64,000 nt of DNA from Octopus sinensis (GCF_006345805.1 NC_042999.1:23622001-23686000), one strand, 5' to 3'. Counted from the stretch's first letter, positions 40,421-53,636 are shown. Numbers and translations are program-made. Notes: generated from the sequence alone by a model not told the origin.

Positions 40421-41029
40421 AATCAGTAGATATGAGCAGCATATGGAACAGCATATGGGAACCGGTATGGAAAGGATAGAAAAATATTAGATTTATAGCC
40501 CTAAAATTCACTCCGTAATTGCTCACGGGCATATGGCATAGCGGTTAAGAGCGCAGGCTACCAAACCCAAGATTCCGAGTTCGATTTCCAGCAGTGACCC
40601 GGAGAATAATAATAATAATAACATCGAAAAATACCTTAGGAATGAGAACCCATGTTCCAAATTTCCTCAAGAAACCTGAAGAAGGCTGGAGGGTATATCA
40701 GCCGAAACGTTGTGTTAACAACCAACAAGATGAGGACAGATATTCGTCGAATGTAAATAATCTTAATGATGTACCCGTTGTATATGTATATATACTTGAC
40801 TCCCCCACACCATCGCCAGACAACCATAACGTTTATAAAATCATTTTTTTCATGCTGTAAGTGATGGAGAAATAGGGGAGACAAAAGCAAAACATAGAGC
40901 CAGAAGTAAAAATGGAAAATACGTAAAGACAATTAATGAGGCATTAATAAAAGGAAACCCCACTGATATTGCATTGTAAAATTACATAATTGTGAAATAG
41001 GACTCTTATTTGTTCTTTTATCGCTCTAG

Positions 41030-41140
41030 TTAATCCATGCCATAGCAGACCTTGCAAGAACGGTGGCGTATGTATTGGAAGAGGGCGGAGCTTCAGCTGT
41101 AAATGCCGACCTGGATATAGCGGACGAAACTGTCAAGCAT
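41030..41140 (+). CDS. EGF exon 5
   Basis: tag/GTGAGT, 111 bp, ...GRNCQA. Confidence 0.85.
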
Positions 41141-41605
41141 GTGAGTATTGCATTTCAAAATAATCATATTTTATAGCTATAGATTAACGATACTTTTACA
41201 AGTGGTCAAAGTATTGCAAAGGAGGTGAGGTAGAAGCTTCATTTATGTATGAAAATGATGTGATTGGATATAATGCTTTATGTAAATAATGTCCGAATAC
41301 AACTTTGGAAATCATTTGGATGTTATGTTGAACAACACCATCTCACACACACAGACACGTACAAACACACAAGCATGCATGCACGAACCCCCCTACATTC
41401 ATATTTACAATATAAATATTCATACACATACACAGCTATATGCACACACACACAAACATAACACACATATATGCATATGGTATATAGTCGCTGTCTTGAT
41501 GTGTGGTAAAAAGTTTTCTCAAGCAAATGGCACCTTCCTATTATGGCCTCGAGCTAATCAAGGTTTGTGAGCAGATTTGATAGACGGAAAATGAAAGAAG
41601 CCCGT

Positions 41606-41642
<37 letters not shown>

Positions 41643-41828
41643 TTCTTCTACAAAAACTCTTTACCGCGTTGCCCCAGTATGCCCGCACGCTGAGAGAATA
41701 AAAGAATAATGTTTTATGCTTAATATTTCCGAAATCTTCATTTTTCATGCTGTGAGGGAAATATAGGGGAGACAAAAGAAAATCATACAGAGAGAGGGAG
41801 AGAGAGAGAGAGAGAGAGGGGGAGAGAG

Positions 41829-41859
<31 letters not shown>

Positions 41860-41982
41860 ACAGAAAGGGAAATAAGTAAAGACAATTAATGTGGCATTAA
41901 TAAAAGGAAACCCCACTGATATTGCATTGTAAAATTACATAATTGTGAAATAGGACTCTTATTTGTTCTTTTATCGCTCTAG

Positions 41983-42093
41983 TTAATCCATGCCATAGCA
42001 GACCTTGCAAGAACGGTGGCGTATGTATTGGAAGAGGGCGGAGCTTCAGCTGTAAATGCCGACCTGGATATAGCGGACGAAACTGTCAAGCAT
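41983..42093 (+). CDS. EGF exon 6 (identical to exon 5)
   Basis: tag/GTGAGT, 111 bp, 953-bp unit period. Confidence 0.8.
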
Positions 42094-42757
42094 GTGAGTA
42101 TTGCATTTCAAAATAATCATATTTTATAGCTATAGATTAACGATACTTTTACAAGTGGCAAAGTATTGCAAAGGAGGTGAGGTAGAAGCTTCATTTATGT
42201 ATGAAAATGATGTGATTGGATGAATGGCTTTATGTAAATAATGCCCGAATACAACTTTGGAAATCATTTGGATGTTATGTTGAACAACACCATCTCACAC
42301 ACACAGACACGTACAAACACACAAGCATGCATGCACGAACCCCCCTACATTCATATTTACATATATAAATATTCATACACATACACAGCTATATGCACAC
42401 ACACACAAACATACACACACATATATGCATATGTGTATATAGTCGCTGTCTTGGATGTGTGGTAAAAAGTTTTCTCTCAAGCAAATGGCACCTTCCTATT
42501 ATGGCCTCGAGCTAATCAAGGCCTTGTGAGCAGATTTGATAGACGGAAAATGAAAGAAGCCCTTGTATATATATATAATATATATTATATATATTATATC
42601 GATTTCTTCTACAAAAACTCTTTACCCCACCGCGTGCCCCAGTATGCCCGCACGCTGAGAGAATAAAAGAATAATGTTTTATGCTTAATATTTCCGAAAT
42701 CTTCATTTTTCATGCTGTGAGGGAATATAGGGGAGACAAAAGAAAATCATACAGAGA

Positions 42758-42809
<52 letters not shown>

Positions 42810-42934
42810 AACAGAAATGGTAAATAAGTAAAGACAATTAATGTGGCATTAATAAAAGGAAACCCCACTGTTATTGCATTGTAAAATTACATAATTGTGA
42901 AATAGGACTCTTATTTGTTCTTTTATCGCTCTAG

Positions 42935-43045
42935 TTAATCCATGCCATAGCAGACCTTGCAAGAACGGTGGCGTATGTATTGGAAGAGGACGGAGCTTCA
43001 GCTGTAAATGCCGACCTGGATATAGCGGACGAAACTGTCATGCAT
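42935..43045 (+). CDS. EGF exon 7
   Basis: tag/GTGAGT, 111 bp. Confidence 0.85.
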
Positions 43046-43542
43046 GTGAGTATAGCATTTCGAAATAATCATATTTTATAGCCATAGATTAAAGATACTT
43101 TTACAAGTGGCAAAGTATTGCAAAGGAGGTGAGGTAGAAGCTTCATTTATGTATGAAATGGATATGACTGGATGAATGGCTTTATGTAAATAATGTCAGG
43201 GTACAATTTTGGAAATCATTTGGGTTTTATGTTGAACAACACCAACTCACACACACAGACACTTACAAACACACACGCATGCACGCACGCACGAATCCTC
43301 CCTACATTCATATCTACATATATAAATATTCATACACATACACAAATATTTCTAGTCGCTGGCTTCAATGTGTGGTAAAAAGTTTGTTCTGAAGCAAGTA
43401 TCACCTTCCGCATATGTCCCCTATTACGGCGTCGGACTAATGAAGGACTTGTGAGCAGATTTGATAGACGGAAAAGAAAGAAACCCGTTCCATATACATG
43501 TATATATATATGTGTGTGTGTATGTGTATATATATATGTATG

Positions 43543-43617
<75 letters not shown>

Positions 43618-44106
43618 TATATGAATATATATAAGTATATATATATATATATGGATTTATATGTGTGTGTGCCTATATTCGACCTCCTGTACCATATATG
43701 TGTGTGTGCCTATATTCGACCTCCTGTACCATCGCCTGGCACCGATGTTAGAGTGTAAGTTAGCGGTTCGGCAAAAGTGGCTAAATAAAATAAGTACTAG
43801 GCTTACAAAGAGTAACGCTTGGGGTCGATTTCCTCCACTAAAACCCTTTATGCGGTGCTCCAGCATGCCCGCATACTGAATAAAGTTTTATGCTTCACGT
43901 TTCCGAATCTTTATTTTTCATGCTGTGAGGGAGAAATACGGGAGACCAAAGAAAATCATACAGAGAGACGGAGAGAGAGAAGCAAAAATGTTAAATAAGT
44001 AAAGACAGTTAATGTAGTATTGATAAAAGGAAACCCCACTGTTATTGCATTGTAAAAATACATAAGACTGTGCAATAGGACTTTTATTTGTTCTTTTATG
44101 CGCTAG

Positions 44107-44217
44107 TTAATCCATGCCATAGCAGACCTTGCAAGAACGGTGGCGTATGTATTGGAAGAGGACGGAGCTTCAGCTGTAAATGCCGACCTGGATATAGCGG
44201 ACGAAACTGTCATGCAT
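44107..44217 (+). CDS. EGF exon 8
   Basis: tag/GTGAGT, 111 bp. Confidence 0.85.
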
Positions 44218-44508
44218 GTGAGTATAGCATTTCAAAACAATCATATTTTATAGCCTTTAACGATACTTTTACAAGTGCAGAAGGAGCTGCAAAGGAGGTG
44301 AGGTAGAAGCTTCATTTATGTATGAAAAGGAATGTGATTGGATGAATGGCTTCGTGTAAGTAATTTGAAGGTACAATTTTGGAAATTTTTTTAGATGTTA
44401 TGTTGAACAACAAACACACGTCCAAACACATACACGCATACACACACGCACGTACGATCCCCCTCATTGATATATACATGTATAAATGTCCATGCACAAA
44501 TATATACA

Positions 44509-44589
<81 letters not shown>

Positions 44590-44772
44590 TGAAATAGAAA
44601 GATGAATAATCTTGTTGCAGATTAATCAAAAGTTTAACCGATACCTTGGTAGCAAAAATCACATGTTTGTGTGTGTGCTTTATGTTTGGCCATGGGCTCT
44701 TAGGAGCCTCGTTCGATTTGTTTTGCTCCGCCTCTGTTCTGTTTTTGTTTTTTCCAACGGATTTCCTATTTC

Positions 44773-44852
44773 TTCCTGAAGAGAAAGACACAATATGGTC
44801 TCCTTATTCAATCGGAATTTGGTAAATTGTGCCTTTCGAAACACGTGTAGAA
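44773..44852 (+). ncRNA. Type I hammerhead ribozyme fold with palindromic loop 3, GUA site
   Basis: UUC-CUGAAGA-[GAAAGACACAAU...AUUGUGCCUUUC]-GAAAC-ACGU-GUA-GAA. Stem III region ACACGUGU is self-complementary; stem I is only 3 bp. Confidence 0.65.
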
Positions 44853-45239
44853 TGCAATAAAACGATTTCTGTTCAATCTTCGTTCAACTCCATTTCTTCA
44901 ATTCACTATATATATATATATATATCATAACTGGTGTCGCTGCATGGTAAGAAGTTTGCTTCCCAACCAGGTGGTATTAGGTTCAGTCCTACTGCCTGGG
45001 ACCTTCCGCAAATGTGAACTACTGTAGTCTCGGGCGAACAACAACAACAACTACAACTACAACAATAATAAAAACAATAATAATTAACATCGAATAATAC
45101 ATTAAGAGTGAGAACCGATGTTCGAAATTTCCCCAAGACACCTGATGAAGGCTGGAGGGTATATCAGCCGAAATGTGTTAACAACAGACAAGATGAGTAC
45201 AAATATCCATCGAATGTAAATAATGTTAAAAATGTATCT

Positions 45240-45279
<40 letters not shown>

Positions 45280-45532
45280 TGTGTGTGTGCCTATATTTGA
45301 CTCCTCCTTCACTATCGGCTGACAAGCTTTAAGTCTCAGAAATCACTATTTTTTTCATGCTGTGAGTAGAAATAGGGAAGACAAAAGAAAAAATTAAAGA
45401 GTGAGACACAAAATTGGAAAATAAGTAAAGACGCTCAAGGGCACATTAATAAGAGGGAACCCCACTGTTATTGTATTGCAAAAATACATAAGACTGTGCA
45501 ATAGGACTTTCATTTGTTCTTTTATGCGCCAG

Positions 45533-45643
45533 TTAATCCATGCCATAGCAAACCCTGCAAGAACGGTGGCTTATGTATTGGAAGAGGACGGAGCTTCAGC
45601 TGTAAATGCCGACCTGGATATAGCGGACGACATTGTCATGCAT
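45533..45643 (+). CDS. EGF exon 9
   Basis: cag/GTGAGT, 111 bp, NPCHSKPCKNGGLC... Confidence 0.85.
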
Positions 45644-45922
45644 GTGAGTATAGCATTGAAAAGAATCCTATTTTATAGCCTTTAACGATACTTTTACAAG
45701 TGCAGAAGGAGCTGCAAAGGAGCTGAGGTAGAAGCTTCATTTATGAAAAGTAATATTGATTGGATGAATGGCTTCGTGTAAGAAGTATCATGGTACAATT
45801 TTGGAAATCATTTGGATGTTATGTTGAACAACAACACACACACATACACACACGCACGCAGGTACGACCCCCCACATTGATATTTACATATATAAATATT
45901 CATACACAAATATATACATGCA

Positions 45923-46029
<107 letters not shown>

Positions 46030-46190
46030 TATATGTATATATTATCACTGGTGTGGCTGCATGGTAAGAAGTTTGCTTGCTAACCACGTGGTATTAGGTT
46101 CAGTTCCACTGAATAGCACCTTCCGCAAGTGTCATCTACTATAGTCTCGGGCCAACAACAACAATGATAATGATAATAATAATAATAATA

Positions 46191-46244
<54 letters not shown>

Positions 46245-46417
46245 CATCGGAAAATACCTTAGGAGGGAAAACCCAGGTTCGAAATTTCCCTACGACACCA
46301 AATGAAGGCTGGAGGGTATATCAGCCGAAACATTGTGTTAACAACAAACAAGATGAGGACAAATATCCGTCCAATGTGAATAATATACCCGGTATATATA
46401 TATATATATATATGCTT

Positions 46418-46475
<58 letters not shown>

Positions 46476-46711
46476 CTATATTTGTCTCCTCCCACACCAT
46501 CGCCTGACAACCTTCACGTTTCTGAAATCAATTTTGTTTCATGCTCTAAGTGGGGGAGAAATAGGGAAGACAAAAGAAAAACAAAGAGTGAGACAGAAAA
46601 ATGGAAAATAAGTAAAGACACTAAATAATAAAAGGGAGCCCCACTGTTATTGCATTGTAAAAAGACATAAGACTGTGAGATAGGACTTTTATTTGTTCTT
46701 TTATGCGCCAG

Positions 46712-46822
46712 TTAATCCATGCCATAAGAGACCTTGCAAGAACGGTGGCGTATGTATTGGAAGAGGACGGAGCTTCAGCTGTAAATGCCGACCTGGATAT
46801 AGCGGACGAAACTGTCATGCAT
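46712..46822 (+). CDS. EGF exon 10
   Basis: cag/GTGAGT, 111 bp, NPCHKRPC...GRNCHA. Confidence 0.85.
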
Positions 46823-47102
46823 GTGAGTATAGCATTGAAAACAATCATATTTTATAGCTATAGATTAAGGATACTCTTACAAGTGGCAAAGTATTGCAAA
46901 GGAGCTGAGGTAGAAGCTTGATTTATTTATGTATGCAAATGGATGTGATTGGATGAATGGCTTCATGTAAATAATGTCAGAATACAATTTAGGAAATCAT
47001 TTGGATGTTATGGTGGAGAACAACAGCAAACACACGTACAAACACACACATGCACGCACGAACCCTTCCCACACACTGATATATATATGCTTGTATATTT
47101 TC

Positions 47103-47900
47103 CATAATAGCAACGATATAATATATCCTTGGTAATAAGCAAAAGTGACATAAGTCCCAAACATTGCTTTTTCAGAAAACGAAAGAATAGTTTCACCATT
47201 CCATTTCTTTTTACCTTAGCAGCAGTTTCAGCTTAACAATAATACTTTGTTGGGTGCATAAAGTCGTAACTCTATGCATGTATGATATTTTCAGTCAGAA
47301 ATATTTTTGCAAAACTGTCGTATGTGAGGCTTACTATACTTTTGTAAAATGCTAAGACTTTGTATTACACTTTGAGAATTTTCACCTGAAGCAGCTGGAG
47401 ATACGATAGTTTGAACAAAAGAACCGGCTATGCAAGCAAAATTAAATATTAAAAATAAACCGCACTTGGCCAAATTTGGACATACGATAGTTTAACATAA
47501 TAGCAACGATATATATATCCTTGGTAATAAGCAAAAGTGACATAAGTCCCAAACATTGCTTTTTCAGAAAACGAAAGAATAGTTTCACACCATTCCATTT
47601 CTTTTTACCTTAGCAGCAGTTTCAGCTTAACAATAATACTTTGTTGGGTGCATAAAGTCGTAACTCTATGCATGTATGATATTTTCAGTCAGAAATATTT
47701 TTGCAAAACTGTCGTATGTGAGGCTTACTATACTTTTGTAAAATGCTAAGACTTTGTATTACACTTTGAGAATTTTCACCTGAAGCAGCTGGAGATACGA
47801 TAGTTTGAACAAAAGAACCGGCTATTGCAAGCAAAATTAAATATTAAAAATAAACCGCACTTGGCCAAATTTGGACATACGATAGTTTAACATAATAGCA
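47103..47900. repeat. Near-perfect tandem duplication of about 394 bp
   Basis: CATAATAGCAACGATATATA recurs at 47103, 47496 and 47891. Confidence 0.9.
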
Positions 47901-47901
47901 A

Positions 47902-47941
<40 letters not shown>

Positions 47942-48074
47942 GAATGGAGTTGGACGAAACGACGAATCAACAAAACGTCACTCCTTATAAAGGAATTTTT
48001 TAAAGAGACACTCATTTTCACTATGGGCTCCGTGTGAGCAGTCATCTAAAAGTTTTTTGTGCATCTTGATGTTG

Positions 48075-48591
48075 ACATAAATACAGTGTACATTTAAACA
48101 CATAAGAGGTTAGCTATCATAGGACTACCTGCACGCTAGAGAGTACAGTTAAATTCTGAACCACTATTAGCGATAAAATTTCGAAGAGAATGAAAAATAA
48201 AAACATTTACCATCTAACTGGACCAATAGATTCAGACTTTTTTTTAGCAAATAAAAGAATTTGCTAGGTGAAGCCTTCTTCAGCAAGTACACCTGCGCGG
48301 TAGATTATAAAAATTAGAATGTATAAGCACGGGGCATATACTGGATTGCTCGTGTATATATATTTAATCTTAGGTGTACTTGCTGAAGAAGACCTCGCCT
48401 AGCAAATTATTTTATTTGCTAAAAAAAGTCTGAAACCATTGGTCTAGGAGTTAGATGGTAAATGCTTTTATTTTTCATCCCTTCGATATTTTATCTCTAA
48501 TAGTGGTTCGGAATTTAACTGTCCTCTCTAGCGTGCAGGTAGTCCTATGATAGCTACCTCTTATGTGTTTAAATGTACAGTGTATTTATGT
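48075..48591. repeat. Long inverted repeat (arms about 220 bp, 48075-48294 and 48372-48591)
   Basis: Arms are clear reverse complements around a 77-nt spacer. Confidence 0.9.
48379..48448 (+). ncRNA. Hammerhead-like fold in the right arm of an inverted repeat
   Basis: CUUG-CUGAAGA-AGAC..[UAGCAAAU/AUUUGCUA]..GUCU-GAAACC-AUU-GGUC-UAGG. The mirror copy at 48218-48287 (-) has A15.1 mutated. Confidence 0.5.
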
Positions 48592-48714
48592 GAATAATAT
48601 ATAGTCTATTGACTAAAGTTTTACACGCTAGGCCACCGGTAATGGAAATTTCTAATATTCCAGATTAACCTTTGATATTATATATGTTTATATATTATAT
48701 ATATATATAATATA

Positions 48715-48758
<44 letters not shown>

Positions 48759-49384
48759 AGTTAAGTTATATATGTCTATGAAAACAGATTATCTTCAACA
48801 CAAAGGGGAAAATAACAAAATATATATCTTCGAAATTTTTATATATGGAAAAGAAAAAAGAAAAACGAAAGTTCTTAATTTCAAAAATAAAATCATATTT
48901 ATTTTCATGTTATGTGGGAGACGTAGGGAGAGAATAAAAAGTAAAAACATAAAGTGACAATAAAAGAGATAGAGCAGAAGTACATGTGGAGGCACTTAGC
49001 CTAGTGGTTAGAGCAGCGAATTCACGGTCTAGTGATCGCGGGTTCGAATCTTAGACCTGGCGATGTGCGTGTTTATGAGCGAAACACCTAAGCTCCACGC
49101 GGTTCCGGCAGAAGGTAATGGCGAACTTCTGCTGACTCTTTCGCTACAATTTTCTCTCACTCTTTCCTCCTGCATCTAGCAGCTCACCTGTGACAGACCG
49201 GCGTCCTGTCCAGGTGGGGGACCTATGTGCCAAGGAAACCGGGAAACCGGTCCTTATGAGCCAGGCATGGCTCGACAAGTAACATAGAACAACAATAAAT
49301 GGGGTATTAATTACAAGGAATTCCACTGTTATTGCATTATACAGAAGATTGTGAAAACCGACTGTTATTTCTTTTATACACTAG

Positions 49385-49495
49385 TTAATCCATGCCACAG
49401 GAGACCTTGTAAGAACGGTGGTGCATGTATCAGGAAAGGAACTGGCTTCCACTGCAAATGCCGACCTGGTTATACAGGACAATACTGTCTTGCAC
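49385..49495 (+). CDS. EGF exon 11 (diverged class)
   Basis: tag/GTATGT, 111 bp, NPCHRRPCKNGGACIRKGTGFHCKCRPGYTGQYCLA. Confidence 0.85.
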
Positions 49496-49682
49496 GTATG
49501 TATAACATTGAAAGTATTCATCGCAAGTATGCATGCGTACATACATAAATACATACACTATATGTAACTAGCACTATTTTGATTCTGAACAATTATACAT
49601 ACACACACACATAAAGGTATAACTGCGTATATATATATATAAATAAAAAATGGAGTTAACGCAGGTGTAATCAAATATTTTT

Positions 49683-49768
49683 ACTTTCGACACATGTTTC
49701 GAAAATTCCACTGATACTATTCAAAAGAATAAATGGTATAAACAATGCAATCTTCTCCTCAGGAAAGT
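49683..49768 (-). ncRNA. Type I hammerhead ribozyme fold, canonical core, GUC site
   Basis: ACUUUC-CUGAGGA-[GAAGAUUGCAUUG...CAGUGGAAUUUUC]-GAAAC-AUGU-GUC-GAAAGU: 6-bp stem I, 13-bp stem II with one mismatch, 2-bp stem III. Confidence 0.75.
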
Positions 49769-50028
49769 GAAAAAAACGAAACTCGTCAATAAGACATTTT
49801 AGCAAAGTGTCGAAAGTAAAAATATTTGATTTCACCTGCGTTAACTCCATTTTTTATTCATATTATTCAAAATATTCAACGTAAACACGAAGTTTCTACC
49901 TTTATAAACAAGGAGTTACAACACCTTTACTTGTGAGATTTTTGCTGCCCTGGTAACTATTTATTTATTTTTTCCGTGTTAATTGTTAACAAGGTAAAAA
50001 TACACTCATCTATATATATATACACTCA

Positions 50029-50077
<49 letters not shown>

Positions 50078-50548
50078 CTATTTATCTATTTATCCTCTCA
50101 AGGTAAATAACGCAGTATTTCGTGTTCTAATGCAGCATCCACGTTCTGAAGGGAAAAATCAGGTTTATCTTTTAGCAGTCATGTTGCTTCTGTCGCAATT
50201 GAATATTTTTTGTAATAGGCCCACTGGCTGTTTGCGACACCAGTTTCTCTAAATGGACACCACTGTTCTACACATCGTTGACGGGAGATTCGGCTGTTAT
50301 GCCCTTGCTGAACGTCTGTCACAGAAGAGTACATATCAGGGTGAAATCAAGTGAACTTGCGGTTCCGGCAGCCTTAGCGGATGCTTCTCATCTGTCAACG
50401 ATATAGCTACGAGTGCTTTTATGCCCTGCGGGTCCTTGTGAGGTATCCTCTCTCTGGGTTAAGAAACACAGTATTCTTTGTTCGAATGCAGCCTCCAAGT
50501 TACTGATGAAAATTACTTTTCGGTGTTAACACTTCTGTTGTTATTAAT

Positions 50549-50630
<82 letters not shown>

Positions 50631-50974
50631 ATGTTATCACATGATCGACCAGGCTATCAAATGTTGTCATTCATCGTTGGTCACAATGCATTTTGTATTG
50701 TTTTAGCTTTCAAATGACACTACCCCACTGGCTAGGTGAGCTAGCTAACATTCCCGCTGATGGAAAAAGGGACAGGAACAACGTGAAATTAAGTGTTTTG
50801 CTCAAGAACACAACGCGCAGCCCAATCAGGGAGTTGAACACACGATCGCCAGATCCCGAGTGCAACAGCCTAACCACCTGGCCATACATATCTGTATAAA
50901 ACATAGCAGCTGTTTTAGCTAGTGAAACTGTCCACGTGAATCAGTTTTTATTTATGCAAAAGCAATTTATTATA

Positions 50975-51358
50975 TTTGTGGAAGCACTCCGTCGGTTACG
51001 ACGATGAGGGTTCCGGTTGATCCGAATCAACGGAACAGCCTGCTCGTGAAATTAACGTGTAAGTGGCTGAGCACTCCACAGACACGTATACACTTAACGT
51101 AGTTCTCGGGGATATTCAGCGTGACACAGAGAGTGACAAGGCCGGCCCTTTGAAATACAGGTACAACAGAAACAGGAAGAGTGAGAGAAAGTTGTGGTGA
51201 AAGAGTACAGCAGGGATCACCACCATCCCCTGCCAGAGCCTCGTGGAGCTTTAGATGTTTTCGCTCAATAAACACTCACAACGCCCGGTTTGGGAATCGA
51301 AACCGCGATCCTACGACCGCGAGTCCGCTGCCCTAACCACTGGGCCATTGCGCCTCCT
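50975..51358 (-). mobile_element. SINE family E (tRNA-like head)
   Basis: GGCCCAGTGGTTAGGGCAGCGGACTCGCGGTCGTAGGATCGCGGTTTCGATTCC head. Other copies at about 5480-5725, 31785-32075, 56192-56513, 59945-60460. Confidence 0.7.
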
Positions 51359-51523
51359 ATGATATTTAACACAATACACTTCAATAGTATGAGTGGCTAC
51401 GAAGCGAAAAAATAAAACAAGTTTCGTTAAGTAAAACAGGGAGATGAAAGGGGGAAAATACGGCTAAAAGTAAAAAGAAAAACGACAAAGGAACTAAATA
51501 CAAACAATACTTCGTTAAGAGGA

Positions 51524-52330
51524 AGGCAGCGACCGGCAGAAACGTTAGCATGCCGGGTGAAATGCGTAGCCGTATTTCGTCTGCCGTTACGTTCTGAATT
51601 CAAATTCCGCCGAGGTCGACTTTGCCTTTGCCTTTCATCCTTTCGGGGATTGATAAATTAAGTACCAGTTACGCACTGGGGTCGATGTAATCGACTTAAT
51701 CCGTTTGTCTGTCCTTGTTTGTCTCCTCTGCGTTTAGCCCCTTGTGGATAGTAAAGAAATAGGTATTTCGTCTGCTGTTTCGTTCTGAGTTCAAATTCCC
51801 TGAGGTCGACTTTGCCTTTCATCCTTTTGGGGTCGATAAATTAAGTACCAGTTACGTACTGGGGTCGATGTAATCGACTTAATACCTATGTCTGTCCTTG
51901 TTTGTCCCCTCTGTGTTTAGCCCCTTGTGGATAGTAAAGAAATAGGTATTTCGTCTGCTGTTTCGTTCTAAGTTCAAATTCCCTGAGGTCGACTTTGCCT
52001 TTCATCCTTTGGGAGTCGATAAATTAAGTATCAGTTACGTACTAGGATCGATGTAATCGACTTAAACTCTTTGTCTGTCCTTGTTTGTCTCCTCTGTTTA
52101 GCCCCTTGTGGGCAATAAAGAAATAAGAAACGTTAGAACGCCCGGCGGAATGCTTATCGGTATTTCGTCTATCTTTACGTTCTGAGTTCAAATTCCACCG
52201 AGGTTGACTTTGCCTTTCATCCTTTTCGGAGATCGATAAAGTAAGTACCAGTTGCGTACTGGGGTCAATGTAATCGACTGACCCCGTCCCCCAAAATCTC
52301 GAGTCTTGTGCCTAGAGAAGAAAAGAATAC
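51524..52330 (+). mobile_element. SINE family A with 4-5 tandem internal units of about 170 bp
   Basis: Head GGCAGAAACGTTAGCATGCCGGG plus repeated GTTCTGAGTTCAAATTCC...GGGGTCGATAAATTAAGTACCAG units. Other copies at about 490-895(-), 15440-16025(-), 18899-19860(+), 20540-21092(-), 30611-30980(+), 39297-39502(-). Confidence 0.75.
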
Positions 52331-52415
52331 TTCGTTAAGAGGAATTGTACCGTTATACCTATATAACCTATACAGTAAACTACAAAATACGACTTTTATT
52401 TCTTTTGTGCACTAG

Positions 52416-52526
52416 TTAACCCATGCTACAGGAACCCGTGTAAAAACGGTGGCGTATGTATCAGGAAGAGACAGGCCTTCATCTGTAAATGCCGACCTGG
52501 TTACTTTGGAAGAGACTGTAATACAT
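52416..52526 (+). CDS. EGF exon 12
   Basis: tag/GTAAGT, 111 bp, NPCYRNPCKNGGVCIRKRQAFICKCRPGYFGRDCNT. Not shown in the ORF track. Confidence 0.85.
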
Positions 52527-52709
52527 GTAAGTATAATATAGTTAATCATAGATTATAGCTACAGATTTACCATTAGTGTTTCTTACAAATATATCGTAGG
52601 AGCTATCGAAGGCATCTTATCCATACATACAAAGGAAGCTGATTTCATGAATAGCTTGGTGAGCGAAAATACCTTGGTTTAATTTTGGGGTGCATATGGA
52701 TGTTATTCC

Positions 52710-52753
<44 letters not shown>

Positions 52754-53098
52754 CATGCGTTTTAGTAACATGCACAGAGAAGTTTATAAGGACGAGAAGC
52801 GTCTGGTAGGTGAGGTAGAATTGATAATTCCGGATTTCTGCGTCAATCTCCGTCTTTAATTACTCGTAAAAGCTTATATTTACATTTCACTTGTATGACT
52901 TGTTATAAATGAAAAGAATCAAGTAAAGACCGCTGAAGGCGGAAGGAAAAAAACCCGCTGAAAATAAGGGATAAAAAACGAGAGAGTAATTAAATACAAA
53001 TAGTAAAAAGCGACATCGTTGAAGGAAAATTTATTGTCATTATATTATAAACATACAGAAAGCTGTGAAATATGATTTATATTCCTTTTCGTCACTAG

Positions 53099-53209
53099 TC
53101 AACCCATGCCATAGCAGACCTTGTAAGAACGGTGGCGTATGTATCAAGAACGGACATAGATTCACCTGTAAATGCCGACCTGGTTATACTGGACTACATT
53201 GTAATACAT
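53099..53209 (+). CDS. EGF exon 13
   Basis: tag/GTAAGT, 111 bp, NPCHSRPCKNGGVCIKNGHRFTCKCRPGYTGLHCNT. Not shown in the ORF track. Confidence 0.85.
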
Positions 53210-53603
53210 GTAAGTATAACATTAAAAATAATCATAAATTATAGCAACAAATACACCATAAGTTGCTTTTACAAATATATAAAGGAGCTAATTTAAGAGC
53301 CCCATGAACAAAAGCACTAATGTTTATAAATACAAACTTGTATCAGTTCAAATATGCTTGAGTAATGTTCGAACCCGATGTGTTTACCCCTGTCGACAGT
53401 GAGAAATTTACTCCATGACAAAATGCAGTAAATGGCTTTCTTAAGGATTCGACAATGCCTCAAGCATGTTTGAACTGGTTCGCAAAGAAAGGTGATGGTC
53501 GGAATGGCTGCATGAATTGTATGCACCATGGTCCAATTTTGGCGATTATTTGGAAATTATTCCGAATCATACCGGCAAACCTTGCGTGTTATTCCAAATA
53601 ATG

Positions 53604-53636
<33 letters not shown>

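Noticed and set aside
40527-40600. tRNA-like sequences (also about 23460-23530 and 48985-49060)
   Set aside because: They have A/B-box-like motifs but no complete cloverleaf and run into SINE bodies. They are SINE heads, not tRNA genes.
50090-50540. Possible Penelope-like C-terminal remnant (ERGY-like motif) on the minus strand
   Set aside because: Too degenerate to call without an alignment.
53343-53478. 19-bp inverted repeats CAGTTCAAATATGCTTGAG / CTCAAGCATGTTTGAACTG as a mini-MITE
   Set aside because: Single copy in the window and no TSD found; insufficient support.
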